Positions 1 to 12,702 are shown, counted from the first letter of the stretch. The stretch is 64,000 nt of DNA from Phoronis australis (GCA_002633005.1 NMRA01000088.1:58186-122185), one strand, 5' to 3'. Notes: a model not told the origin generated them from the letters alone. A program made the numbers and translations.

Positions 1-1
1 G

Positions 2-667
2 TCACATAGGATAATTAGCTGTAACTCTTACCTTGTCAAAATTGGGGTAAGTAACTCCCCCTTGTGTACGTTTTGTAAGACTGAACCTGAGACTTTGCTT
101 CACTTATACTGGCAATGTGATGTTGTTCAAAATTTTTGGAACAATGTTGAAGGTTGGGTTAGAAACAAAACTAATATTTCCCTAGGTATAAATGTGCTTA
201 CAGTTTTCTTTGGAAACAGATGTAGAAGCCAGCCAATTCAAAATTTAATCTTGTGTCTCAGCAAGTTCCATTTATATAAGCAAAGTCTCAAGGGTAAACC
301 TCCAAATTTAATTGTATTAATAAAAGAAATTAACAGTTATTACTCCAGTGAAAAACATATTTATTCAAAAAATTTACAAATGGAAAAATTTATAAACAGG
401 TGGTCACAAATGCATAATTTGATAGCAATGTAAGGATATTTTATCATTCCAAAATACTCTCCCCCCTCCTTTTTTCAGAGCCATATACTACCATACTGTC
501 TTGTATGTTTTTGTTTTCTTTTGTTAAATGTATTTCAAAATCCGGTTCACGTATACTTTTAATTTAGTAAACTTTATTTTCATTGAATTGTAAAGTAAGG
601 CAAGGGAACCCCAGACCTTTGTCCTTACTTATGTTGAACTGGGGGAATAAAAAAAAAAAAAAAAAAA
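2..667 (+). mobile_element. 3' end of an L1/Tx1-like non-LTR retrotransposon (ORF2 C-terminal zinc-binding region, 3' UTR, poly(A) tail); 5' part outside the window
   Basis: Frame open from 2 to stop at 433: SHRIISCNSYLVKIG...LCTFCKTEPETLLHLYWQC...FW, the CxxC-x(7)-H-x(4)-C zf-RVT pattern typical of L1/Tx1 ORF2 ends; AATAAA at 646-651 running into A19 at 649-667. Confidence 0.85.
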
Positions 668-1409
668 GGTACATATGATAGTTTAGCCCGGTGTAAGCGT
701 AATTTGCAAAAAATCTTCTGGCATACAGGCTTTATTGGGATCTGCCATCGTCTATGCCACTGTCTGAACTGGGCCGCCCTACACTGGAAGCTTTTTGGCA
801 AATTATGCATCACACAGGAAAACCAATCAATAATTAAGTTTTCTTTCCAGTACGTCTCTTCATTCGTTAATGATGCCATTTTGTTCAAGTTTCGAGCACT
901 AGCAAACTGTGGCTGATCACCAGTGTATAGAAAATAACTTGCAAATATTTCTTTCAAAATTAGGAAGTGTGACCTACGTTTAATTGTACAGTGCAGAAAA
1001 GTACGACCAGTCCTCGATAATTCCAGTTAAAATGGTTAGGTACTTTCGTTTTCTAAACAATTTCTGAAATATGAGAGTGTTGACTGCAGTTCATTTACCT
1101 TTTAGGAATCAATTTACAATTTAGTTAAAACATAAACAGTGAAAATCATCTTTTTCTGGATTCTTTAAAAGTTATGTTTTTAAATCCAGATAAGTTTACT
1201 GTGGAAAATCTGTGATATCCCAAATTTTAGATTCAGGTAAAGTATCGATTTCCAATATGCGTAGACAATATATTCTGTCAATCTTTTAGGACTGCGTGTT
1301 TCCTGCCAAAAATTGCATGGGCCCCCAAAACATAAATCCAGCTTTAGCTTTGTAGACTATATGCACAAAATTATAAATCTTAACTTGTGGAACTTATTAT
1401 ATAATATAG

Positions 1410-2665
1410 TTTTTATGCGCCCACATATTTATAATAATGTGGACGCATTATGCCATCATCTCCGTGTGTTTGTCCGTCCGTCCAACGTCTGCTGCTCTAT
1501 CTCCGAAACGCCTTGACGTATGTTCATGAAATTTTGCACATGTGTTCCTTCCATGGGATGGGACAACATGAGCGAACTTTAGGACTGGTGTGCCCCTTGT
1601 GGCAATTTTAGTTTTTATTCTTACCTCTGTATCTTCAAAAGTCCTCAATGGACTTTCATAAAATTTGGTATATAGGCACCCATTAGTGAGATGATGGTAT
1701 CCTCCCGTTTTCGGATGGATTCGTCGTAGTTTGTGCCACCTAGTGGCTATTTTTACTGTCTTTGAGTCTGGTTTTTTGGCGTCCACTCGTCTATCAACAA
1801 AACCGCTTTCAGGATAATTATGAAAATTGGCATTTATGTTTTTACTACGAAGTGGACGACTGACGATGATTTTCTGACGACTTTGACTACTGTGGCGCCT
1901 CCCAATGGCAATTTTTTGTGCTCATGGCTGTATCTCCTAAACCATTTGCGGGATCTTTACTTAATTTAGCAAGTGTATTTATATGATATTGACAATGAAC
2001 GAGGACGACTTTTGGACGGATATGACTACTGGTGTGTCTCCTAGCGGCAATTTTAGATTTTTACGTTTACCTCTGTATCTTCAAAGGTCTTCAATAGATT
2101 TTCGTAAAATTTTGAATATTGGTGAGATGACGCTATCCTCCTGCTTTTGGATGGAATTGAGGTATTTTGGGCAATTTTTGCTATGCTCAAATCTTGTTTT
2201 GGTGTCCACCCCTCTATCAACCAAATCATTTTAGGGATGGTTTTGAAAATTTGTGTTTTTATTCTCAGTGTGAAGAGGACGTTTGATGATGGCCACTGAC
2301 TACTGTGGCGCCTCTTAGTGGTAGTTTTGTTTTTTTGAGCCCATAGCTGTATCTCCTAAACCCACTGCACGATCTTTATTAAAATTAATAAGTGTATTTA
2401 TATGAAGATAACAACAGACGATGACTTTCAGGCGGATCCAACGGACGGTGCGTCCTCAAGTGGCAATTTCATTTGATTCTGTTTTCATTTTTTCTCTGAA
2501 GTTCCTTGACAGTTTTTAGGAAATATGGCATGTTCCTGTTTTTGGATGGATTATACATTTTTGCGCCATCTAGTGGCCATTTTTATGATACAAATAAATA
2601 ACCCTAAAAGCACACCATTTGCAATGCATTCGTGGGCGCATTTCAACGCTCCATGTTGCTCTTGT
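1410..2665 (+). mobile_element. Non-autonomous Helentron-associated (HINE/DINE-1-like) element, copy 1
   Basis: T-run then ATGCGCCCAC with a nearby inverted partner GTGGACGCAT, short (GTCC)n tract near 1472, internal ~140-160 bp tandem units, 3' subterminal inverted GTGGGCGCAT (2632-2641) followed by small hairpin CAACGC-TCC-ATGTTG and CTTGT. Homologous to reverse complement of 54734-55997. Confidence 0.75.
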
Positions 2666-4499
2666 CTTGATGTTGCGGAGTCTTCTGGCGCCTTCTACTA
2701 GACATTGATGACTGAGAAAATTTCTCTGTCCTAGACCAAGGTGTCAGAAATGCTGTTTGGTTGGAAACAAAGAACCCCCTTTGAACGACACGGGAGTTTC
2801 AGGTTTATGTTGTTTGACCCAAGGTCTTCCTATGAAATTTTCGGGAACCAGTCTGTCATCAAGATTTAGCCAGGTGGCTCCACTTTGTCGGAAAAAAAGT
2901 ATTTTTAGTAAGTTTTATCAGTTATGATTTATAATTTTTCGCATCCAGTAATTCACCTGGATCAATAATAATGTCTGTTACAAGGTGTACCATAGAAATA
3001 ATGGAAGACATTCAAGTAGTAATGTTGTGACTGGGCAGGTGGAGCCTGACACTAGTGGCCTTTAGAGGACGAAGAGGCAATTTCACTTTTTTTAAAACCG
3101 CTCTTTTCTATTGGCATACAGTGTGAAAGGGTCTTTTCACGAATTCAAATCGGTTGCCCTGTGCCATTCACTGTATGTGATCAGCCCCAGCTGCCTTGGC
3201 TTCCAAAAAAAGTGCGTACAGTATGTATAATAGGTGATTTAGAAAAATCTCATGACTTTTCACGAAGACCAACAATCCTTGTTTCTTTAGAACAGATCGT
3301 TAAAGTACTTCAAATTCTTTCCTCATCATTAAAGAATGCCAGAACTAAATGTCAAAGAATAATTTGAATGCAATAATGTTTCTGGGTTGTGTAATAGCGC
3401 CTAAATGGGTTTGAGATATCATTGTTGATGTATGCTTGATTGTGTTGTGTTCCCAATTTAAATATTTCTTTGAAGTTATATACTTCATTACTTAGTTTTA
3501 TGGAAAGATAAGAACAATCCATTTAGTGTTCACTCGTACTTTTGAAGAAGTCTCCCTTCAGTTATTGGTTTTTTCCACCACAAATTGAACTGGATTGTGA
3601 CTCTGTTTTTAATACTTTATACTGTTGTAGTGACAGAATTTAGTGAAAAGTTGTAGAGAATTGCAATGACACAGTTTGTAATCATAACAAAGCAGATTTT
3701 AATAGGATGGTTGGATAGAAATCTCCTTTGCCCTAGAGGTAAGAAAACGCGTTGTTATATTGGACTTGATTTTACACGTAACAGGCTGATTCTAGTAATC
3801 ATGAAGGAAAATGCTGCGTCCACAGATACTTCTCATAAGCTTATCCAACTTTCTACTGTAACAGTAGTAACACTTTGCTGGCATTGGAACGTCTAATGCA
3901 GTTAATGTAGTTGAGAATATCTTGAAAAATATCCATGCAACAGCAAATAATATGAGTAACTCCATTGGCGCGAAAACGAGGCTAGAGAACTGCATTATGG
4001 ATGTAATGCAGCATTGTGGGTAAATACTGTGAGATTCAAGTGTCATGTAATCCTGGACCAACCTATTCTATATGAACTTGGTTCTGAAAACCTAATGCAG
4101 GTACCTAGCTTCAATGATTTTCTTAAAAAAAAACAGCCTTTACATGCACCCACATATAAATATTGTCGTTGCCTCTGTCCAGCGTCTGCTGCTGTATTTA
4201 GTAAACTCCTTGCAGGATTTAATGATATTTGGCAGGTATGTTCCTGTGAAGCTAACAACAAACGACAATGAGTTTCCGACAGGTACCACCCTTAGGCCTA
4301 TTGGCAATTTGCCTTTGTATCTTTTGAGTTCCTTGATAGGTTTTACATGAAATTTGGCTTATAGATTTTTATTAAGGAGACAACAACGCCTTCCGTTATT
4401 TGATGGATTAAGTGATCGTAACTGAATATTGACCCGATTTTCTGTAACCTCATTGTTCATACTCACAATCATGTGACTGAATTTACCCATATGTTCCAG

Positions 4500-4652
4500 C
4501 TTGCCATAGTGTTGAACAAAGAGCTGGAGCGAGATCAGTACGGCAATCCATTGCTGGACCAAGACGGCAAGAAGAAGTACCGCTGTGGCTTCCGGGTAGG
4601 GGGCGGTATAGACCAGGACCACACAAAGAGCCCACAGGGCTACCCAGATAAG
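4500..4652 (+). CDS. TAX1BP3: TAX1BP3/TIP-1-like PDZ protein, internal coding exon (phase 0/0, 51 aa)
   Basis: ttccag|CTT...AAG|gtaagc; LAIVLNKELERDQYGNPLLDQDGKKKYRCGFRVGGGIDQDHTKSPQGYPDK contains the TIP-1 signature GFxxGGGIDQD. Confidence 0.88.
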
Positions 4653-6926
4653 GTAAGCTAGTCTTCTTTTGCGCACTGTGGCATAAGAACATGTCGATGT
4701 AAATAGTTTTTTCTTGTCATGTTCTTGATGCCTTGCAAACTAATTGGCTTTTGTCTTCATGGTTGTCACAGTTACTCATCACATTCAAGAAAATCATTTG
4801 TTGTATCCCTTTTCAATGTAACCACCACAATGCAAAATAGTCTCTAAACATTTGTCGGCCTGGATTTTTTCCGGTGCATGGCAAGTGTCTAGTTAGCTTT
4901 TATGACGTTTTTGTATATGTTTTGCCCTAAAAGTTATTTTGAACGCTACATCAGCAAGTCAAACAGACCAACTTCAACGTAAGATGAACAAACAGTGAAG
5001 CATTTTTAACCCAAAAATATCACCTTTGTTGTGAACATTGTAAAATTAGACCAAAACATTGTCTCTCGCCAATAAGTGAAATAGTATGCCCCAATGTTAT
5101 ACTAGAAGCTATTATTTTAACAGTGCTCAATTTATGTCATTTTTGCACTCAATGTGATGGACAATTAAAATTAGATTTTTTAGAAAATCCTCAACAAACT
5201 TAGAGAATTTGACTTCATTACTTTAAGCATGACGTATGCAGTACAGTTATCACAATACAACACCTTGTGAAGATTTGAATATTTGGAGCTCCGTCGAAAG
5301 CTTTGGAAAATTAAAAAATTATGGTAGTTTTGGCAATGGCTTTAAGAAACTGAAGACATTCAGTTCTTAAACTCCAGTTAACTTGTCCCATGTGGTTGGT
5401 ATGTCAGTGATGTAACACTTCCAAACTAATGTGGTTCCAATTAACTTTGGCAGTTTCAACAAGACCAACTGTTTGCTGTAAACTTATGTAGGGCCTTTAT
5501 AATTGACAAGAGTTCATATTTAGCCAAAAAGCAACAAAACCATAACTTTTAACTCAGTTGAGAAAGTGTATATGTTTTCTGAAAGTAGTAAGCCTGTATA
5601 ATCTGATTTCTAGATAACTTTATACCAGCCCCCCTTTAATGGATTCACATGACCATGTCTTTTCAGTAGAATTTAATAAAAAAGGAAGGTACATTCACAA
5701 CAAAACATCAGTATCAGTAACAAGACCAAATTTCGTCTAATATAAATGTTCAAAAATAAAATCTTAATTAAAACGCTATTACAGTTTTCTTAATTATTAT
5801 TTCATTTTCGTTTTATACAGCTTTTGATTTTTTTTCAAGAAAATCACAAAAGTTCTATCCTTGATAACCACTCTAATGGAATATTTTAAAAGCGACTTGG
5901 GAACTGACAATGCATAAAACACAGTGTCTGACAGTCCATAAAGCATAGTGTCTGACAGTTTCATATGACTCGGATCATTCATTTCTGAGATGTGATGTTC
6001 CAGAGTTGGGCAAATTTGGACAATGTGGTTCTGCATAACCTAAATGTGTGCTTCCCGCAGGCATGAGAGTAGATTGACATTTGCAGTGACAATCAATAGG
6101 CCTTTATGCTAGCATGCTGCCAAAGTAGAGCACTATCAAGATGCAAAAATGCCATATCCTTTGAAATTCCATCTAAGGCCTTCTCTTTGAAATGGACACC
6201 ATCATGTCCCAAATTATAAAGACTTTTCATTTATGATCTCACACAGATTGCTGTTATCAGTAGACTGTCGTGTCACCAAGACATTGTTGGTATAGTGTGT
6301 AACATTGTTTTTTTCTCCTAACTGATATCATCACTCAGTCCCACAGGGTCATGCTCTTTGTTCTCAGATTACCACTTAGCTGTGTGGTAGAAAACCTCAC
6401 CATATGGCCTGTCTAGAGAATGGTGAAAGGGCTTTCTTCAAAACAGAATGTGTGTAGGATAAACTGTCACCAATTTCAGACAAATATAATTAACGGTACC
6501 AAGATTACCCTCTGTTTTGTTTCTCAAAGTCTCCTAACTTAGTTGTGAATGTCCACAAATTTTCAAAATGTTTTCTGACTGTAGCTATGGTACAGAACTT
6601 GAACATGGTAAAGCGGTGATGGGATGCTATAACATATCTTTTGTGAAAAAAATGAGAAAATAACAATTACCGGGTATACTTGTCCTCTCTATGTTGTGTC
6701 CTATATTAGTGAGATTTTACTGTAACTTAAACTTTTGAATTGAGAAGTAATGGACAAATTGTCATCGATACGGGTGGAGCTCTAGAAGATTTAATTTTTT
6801 ATATTTTCACAGCATTTATTGTATTTGAGAAATAATGCATTTGCGGTCACCTCACGTTATATATATTTTGAGGAAAAGTTTGTACCTTACAGCAAATTTT
6901 CTTTCATTTATCATCACATCCTAGTG

Positions 6927-7137
6927 TTAGGACATTTTTCACGAAACGGAGTGTGTTTAAATTTATTTTGCAGTGCTTATCAAGTGCACTGTAGAAGCAC
7001 ATCACATAACAAAAACAGGACTGCTTGAACAAATATACTCTATTTATTCCATATAAACGACAATGATTGGCTTGTGGCATCATTAGGCATATCAAGCCTC
7101 ACTCAGAAATCGACGGGATAAACGTGCGGGGGCACCA
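6927..7137 (+). repeat. Dispersed ~210-bp repeat, copy A (intron of the PDZ gene)
   Basis: TTAGGACATTTTTCACGAAACGG...GACTGCTTGAACAAATATACTC...GGCATATCAAGCCTCACT...GGGGCACC closely matches 12487-12702 in direct orientation. Confidence 0.85.
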
Positions 7138-7281
7138 ATATCATTTTACAAATTTCTTTCCACTCTGTGCATGTCACTGCCATGCGCCATGAGAGCTGTG
7201 TTCTTTCAGAGACCAGCAGATGGTCTTCCAACCTTTGCGGTACTACCTCTCATCATTACTGGACTATCTTGTCTGTTGTAG

Positions 7282-7359
7282 GGTGTCTACATAACCTATA
7301 TACATGAGAACAGTCCGGCCCATCAGGCAGGTCTTCAGCTACACGACAAAGTGCTACAG
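7282..7359 (+). CDS. TAX1BP3: TAX1BP3/TIP-1-like PDZ protein, 78-nt exon (not in the ORF track)
   Basis: gttgtag|GGT...CAG|gtacgc; GVYITYIHENSPAHQAGLQLHDKVLQ aligns with human TIP-1 GIYVTRVSEGGPAEIAGLQIGDKIMQ; phase 0/0 joins neighbouring exons. Confidence 0.9.
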
Positions 7360-8178
7360 GTACGCGGAAATGTGTTGACTGTCTGAGCACGTCACTAAAT
7401 CTGTTCAGTCAATTGGTTTCTTGGTTTAGAAGATTCTGTACGCATTCTGACGGTTTTCGTTGTAACAGTGCCGTACGCCATTTTGTGTGAGTTATTATGA
7501 TTGAATCGTTGAAAAAGTAAGATTTTCAGGGTATTTTTGTTGATGACAAGTTGCTGGATAATTTGTGTCTTCACTGTTAGTTATCATATGGCTACATAGC
7601 TCTCTATTACCTGAGGGGAAAGCTGACTGGGCCTTCTGAGAGGGAAATGTTTTGGTTGAGGACAGAGTGCCCCCCCCAGTCGCCACAGATTACACATCCC
7701 CCCCATTGTTAATAAACATTTTGTGCTCAAGACAAGTTGACAAGGACAAAATGCAATTCCTTTCATTTGTGGGCAATTTGAGACATTGCAATTTTTGTGT
7801 GGATCATTTGAATGCCCAACTGCATAGTTGTAGCAATGTCCCTCAGATAAATCCATACAAGAATGCAGAATGCTATCCACCAGCTATCCTATCGCCATAT
7901 AGCGACAAAGCCAGTTTGATCATGTCGCTATTGTATTGGAAAATGGCTATTTGATGGCATGGTGATTGCGAAAAAATGAATCAACTCTGTGAAATACCTC
8001 AACTGGTCTAACTCTCAAGCCTCCGCGCAAGTGACTTGTAGGCCGAATGTTTGTTTTGGTAAAACTTTGTCACTGTCTGGCATTTCAGCTCATTTCAATG
8101 TCACGGAAAATGGATTTTTTGGACATTAAAAATGTATCAGCAGTGATTTTTATGATTGTGCAGTTTTTTCCTTTGTAG

Positions 8179-8409
8179 GTCAACGGCATTGACTTCACTA
8201 TGTTAACACATGAGAAGGCGTGCAAATACATTCGGAAAGACCCAGTGCTGAACATGCTCGTCTACCGCAAGGGCATGCCGTCAGGCATGAGGAACAACAG
8301 CCACCAGGCGGCGCCACAATACTCATCCTACAGCAGTAGTCCGCAGCATTCAGCAAAGCCGCAGTACGTTCCGAGTTCTCCCCACATACAGCAGTATCAG
8401 CGATACTAG
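8179..8409 (+). CDS. TAX1BP3: TAX1BP3/TIP-1-like PDZ protein, last coding exon
   Basis: tttttcctttgtag|GTC; VNGIDFTMLTHEKACKYIRKDPVLNMLVYRK completes the PDZ fold (human VNGWDMTMVTHDQA), then a Q/S/Y/P-rich tail to TAG at 8407-8409. Confidence 0.9.
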   Translation, partial: VNGIDFTMLTHEKACKYIRKDPVLNMLVYRKGMPSGMRNNSHQAAPQYSSYSSSPQHSAKPQYVPSSPHIQQYQRY

Positions 8410-8493
8410 CAGTCTCAAAGCTCTAGGCATACTGGTACCTGATTTGTGGAATTCTGGTCACGGTTGTATGTAGCTGGAATGAAGTGCATTTAA

Positions 8494-8977
8494 GGGCCCT
8501 GTCACCCCAAACTCGTTCTCAAATTGTTCTCAAATTGTTGTAGCGGACTTAAGTGGGCAACTTTGGCCATGTATTGAATGCGACACTGTACCATTCATTG
8601 AGGTCGTATTTAGATTGTTAGTAACTGTTTCCGTTGTTTATCCAGTTCCCACTCTACTTTAGCCCGTTGTGTCAAAATTAGTTTGTAGTGTGCACTGCCT
8701 TGGTGTGACAGAGCCCTTGCTTGGTCGACTGGATGATTAAGATATTTGCACGAGATCAAAAATATTTTGTAGACACGTGTCAGTATAGTGGATATCTTTG
8801 CACAACTTTTGCTGCGTTCACATACGCGGTTTTTTGCCGGTTGTTTTTCGTAACATAAAGAATTCTCGTTTTTGATGGCACATTTATGTTTGGTTGTATC
8901 TGGAGTAAGCTTTTTCATGGCGACTTTTAAAATTGGTGGTTTTCGTGTTCAGAATTTAGTATTTTTAGCAGGCCCCT
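8494..8977. mobile_element. Possible Kolobok-type MITE in the PDZ gene 3' UTR region
   Basis: TTAA-GGGCCCTG at left and CAGGCCCCT-TTAA at right: short imperfect TIR bounded by TTAA. Confidence 0.35.
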
Positions 8978-9182
8978 TTAAGTGTCGTGTCAGTGGGATC
9001 TGTGATCGTGCCATAATATTAAGCACATTGTTCAAGTCATGCGGTAATGAGACTGATGTCTTGGTTTAGTGGGCAATGTATTTGCAACCATGCCCAGGTG
9101 CATCAATTTAAAGGTGCTATAAACTGACCTTTGGTGACCCGGCTCAGTAGGTTGGCTAGACCTAGCGCTCTCTTCTAATCCG

Positions 9183-9245
9183 TGTAATAACCACGCTGAG
9201 ACATGTAATAACCATGCTGAGACATGTAATAACCATGCTGAGACA
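9183..9245. repeat. 21-bp tandem repeat x3
   Basis: TGTAATAACCAYGCTGAGACA three times. Confidence 0.95.
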
Positions 9246-10547
9246 ACTTGCATCATGGTGCATAGCCTGAATTAGAACTTCTATGACACAAGATGGGTTT
9301 ACAGGACCTTCAATTAAGCATCATTGGACAGCATAGATTTGTTCAGTAGCATCGGGCAAGCCTCAGGTCAACACTAGATGTCTGTTTTGTATTTCTAACG
9401 CAAATAACTTTTCTCTTCTGAAAATTAGAACCTTTTGTGGAGTGCGCATTGATTTATCAGTTATGGGAACAGATGACATTGTGGAGACACTGTTGGAAAT
9501 CGACTTCCTCCACATCTTAAGGCTACTATAATCCACGTCTTGGTGTCAAAAAACAATTTTCTTCACAAGTGTATTTGGTCTTGCAAAGCAATGTCATTGT
9601 GTTCTTTTGTGAAGGGGGCGACTCGATGTTCACTAGGTGGCGCCACTGAGGTAACAGTCCTGTCTGAAGAAATGCTTGCATTCAAGTAGTCATATGGTAC
9701 CCTCACCCCACAGATACCCCCATGACCCATTAATATGATAAACACAAGGAGTTTTCATTCATTTGTAACACTATTTGAGCATTGAGTGATCCATTAAAAT
9801 TGGTTAAATTAAAATCCCTGGAATTCCCTGACGACTAAAATAGTTCAGCGATCGAAACATCAAACTACCCGGTTGTGACAAGGATTTTGATGCACTTTTA
9901 AAGTGTCTATAAACTGCATTTAGTATATTTTTTATTCAGACTACTTACCACCATGAAGTTGGTCTCGTCTTAATAGTAACTCAGATGAGAAGTGATTTTT
10001 GGGTCCGGTGCATAAAATGACACGCCCTAACAAGCCAACTTGAAGATGGTGTTCTCTAGCGATAATGCTTTTTAAGCTCATAACCGTAAGTGGTCTAAAT
10101 TGAAAGTTGTTTTTTGCGATTGAAGGCGGTTTATTGCAACTTTAACGTATTAGAAAATGTCTCAAATAGGAGAATTTTTACCATAGTTTATCACTTAGCG
10201 TTCTCTGTTGCTTACGGAGTTGCAAAGCTTAAAGCTCTTATAATTTGTTTTTTTTCATTCGGTTTTAAGTAACCCTTCGTCTACTTAAGATATAAGACTT
10301 ATGCAATGTCCATTCTCAACAGGTCTGTTGAAGTTATAATTTCGCGCTTTACATTTTGATGTAGTTCTCTCCATGAAAGGAAAAACTGTGAAACAAAGTC
10401 TGTGTGTAATTGTTATTTTGTTATCAATGTTATTTTGTTGTCAATGCTGTATTTCAAAATAACCAAAATGCGTGCCACAGCAGATGTACTATAAGGGTGC
10501 AGTGAAGGATCTATAGGACCATAGAAAAACGTCTAAATTTCGCTAAG

Positions 10548-10705
10548 TTTGGAACATCGTGTCTCAGAAGTGGCCAATCAGATTCATATGAAACTTTCAG
10601 ATGCCATTCTTTATACTCTGTTTTCCAAAACGTAGGAATTGTTTTTAAAATGATCACTTTTGCACGAGTGACTATTGTATAGTAGGACTTGATTTTTTGA
10701 TAAAA
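10548..10705 (+). repeat. Diverged dispersed repeat fragment shared with 14758-14925
   Basis: TCTCAGAAGTGGCCAATCAGATTCATATGAAACTT...TAGGACTTGATTTTTTGAT versus TCTCAGAAATGGCTGTTTAGATTCATATGAAACTT...TAGGACTTGTATGATTTTGAT. Confidence 0.6.
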
Positions 10706-12486
10706 ATCATAGAGGTACATTTTCTTGTAAAAGTGAATCATTTTAAAAACAATCTATTGAACGAAATAAAAATGAAATGATAATTTTAAAACAGTAACTT
10801 ATAAGTAGTATTGTGTGTAATCAGTTTGAGAGTCTAATCACTCCAGCTGTTTTTGCAAGCTGTTGACTATTTGTGCTCGCTTTAGGTCGAGTTAGCACTG
10901 TTTGTATATTACAAATGTATTTTTCTAACACAGACACAGTTTTGATGACGCTGACATTTCCGTTTTTTGGACACGACTAAAGAAATACTGCAGTGAACAG
11001 CCAAAAGGCCAGTAATGCCGTTCGCATGCATTAAAATAGTGGAAATAGTATTCCAGTATTTATTCCAGTATTATTTTACCTGGAATAATTTATTTAAAAA
11101 ATACTGCACAACAAACCAGATATGCTGGGATTTATTTCTTTAAATTTTTGCTCGGAATTAGTCATGGGGTCCTGTGTTTTTGAGATTGAACCAGTTTGAT
11201 GCCAGTTATTTAGTGGGAAAATATGGTTCTGCTTTTACTGACTATTAGCTTTTACTCACTAAACACTGCCATTTTTTATTTTACATTTATCTTAGTCTTT
11301 GGCACTGTGGACATGTTTCCATCTGACAAAAGCATTTCAAGGTCAGCCAATCAGACGACATAGTTTGCTGGAAATTGCAGTTGCCTTGGGAACACTTTGG
11401 ATCAGTAAAAAAGGCTCCTGCAAAAAGATTCCTACGAAATTTTTTTTTGATTTTTGAAATACATGGGAATGTAGTAAATGCATGGTTGTGCAAAAGTACA
11501 TTTGTACTCTTATTCTATTAGGTGAACGTATTAAGGGGCATATAAATTTATCATTAATCAATTCTACAAAGAATTATGCTTATAATTATTTTATTTTGGC
11601 GTTACTGCACGGTGTGTCAGTGATGCCCATTGGTTTGATATGCCACTGTTTGAAGCAGAGTTTTTGGCAGAGATTTCCTCCTTGGTCTTGAGGACCAAAT
11701 TCACCAAGTTAGCATTGTGTGGTTTCCACTCATCACCCAAAAGTTTAAAAAACAACGCAAATATTTACCAAAATTCATCAAAAATGCAGAAGACAGTCAA
11801 GACCACGAATGAAAAACCTCATTTGCATGTCACGTTGCTTTCAACGTCATCAGTTGCAAAATTTACTAAGGTTACTTTTGTAGGAAAACCTAGTCATGAA
11901 AAAATATAAATTGTCACCTGGAAAATTCATGAGGAATGGAACGCTATAGAGATGGAAGCTGCGATTGTCAAAACACTTTGTACTTCAGAATGCTCGTTTG
12001 TTGTTTGTATAACCTGTATCCAGATTATATGGTGCTTCTTTATTGTGAATTCTTCCAATCATAGTTAGCCTTAGATATTTTTGCACTTTTTGGCATTGTA
12101 TGTATTTTCAAACATATCATGGAAATCTAATTATTTTTGCTTCTACACATAACCTGCATTTGTATATGTCTGTATAACTGATGAACAATATACAATTTTG
12201 GAATATTGTACTTTGTCATCAGGTTTTGAATGTGATATTATGTTGAACGTTTCCTCCGTGGGGGGCCTGTTTCATGAAACTGACTTTCAAGTCTTAAAAC
12301 ACAATCATTGTTAAAAGTTTAGGCAAGTAATTATGAGCGAGTCATACTCTAGAAGTAAATTACATAACTTATCTCAGTAGCTTGTAGTAAGTGTATATTC
12401 TCAGAGAGTTTGCACTTTTGCTCGAGTGAGACCATTTTTTCAGAAATGCTTGTGTGGACCACAATACCAGATTTGCGATTCAAGTC

Positions 12487-12702
12487 TTAGGACATTTTTC
12501 ACGAAACGGGGTTTGTTCAAATTTATTTTGCATTGCTTATCAAGCGCACAGTAGAAGCATCTCGTGTAACAAAAACAAGACTGCTTGAACAAATATACTC
12601 AATTTATTCCATATAAACGACAGTGATTGGCATGTGGCGTCATGAGGCATATCAAGCCTCACTGAGGAATGGACGGATACTGACTGGACGTGTAGGGGCA
12701 CC
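12487..12702 (+). repeat. Dispersed ~210-bp repeat, copy B
   Basis: Direct match to 6927-7137. Confidence 0.85.

Noticed and set aside
1448-2234. ORFs in the HINE-like elements (also 55168-55665)
   Set aside because: Chance frames in tandem units; no Rep/helicase or transposase motifs.
668-4499. First coding exon of the PDZ gene
   Set aside because: No convincing short Met-initiated exon with a phase-0 donor found by eye; probably upstream of the window.
9032-9256. ORF with VSAWLLH repeats
   Set aside because: Translation of the 21-bp tandem repeat in probable 3' UTR.
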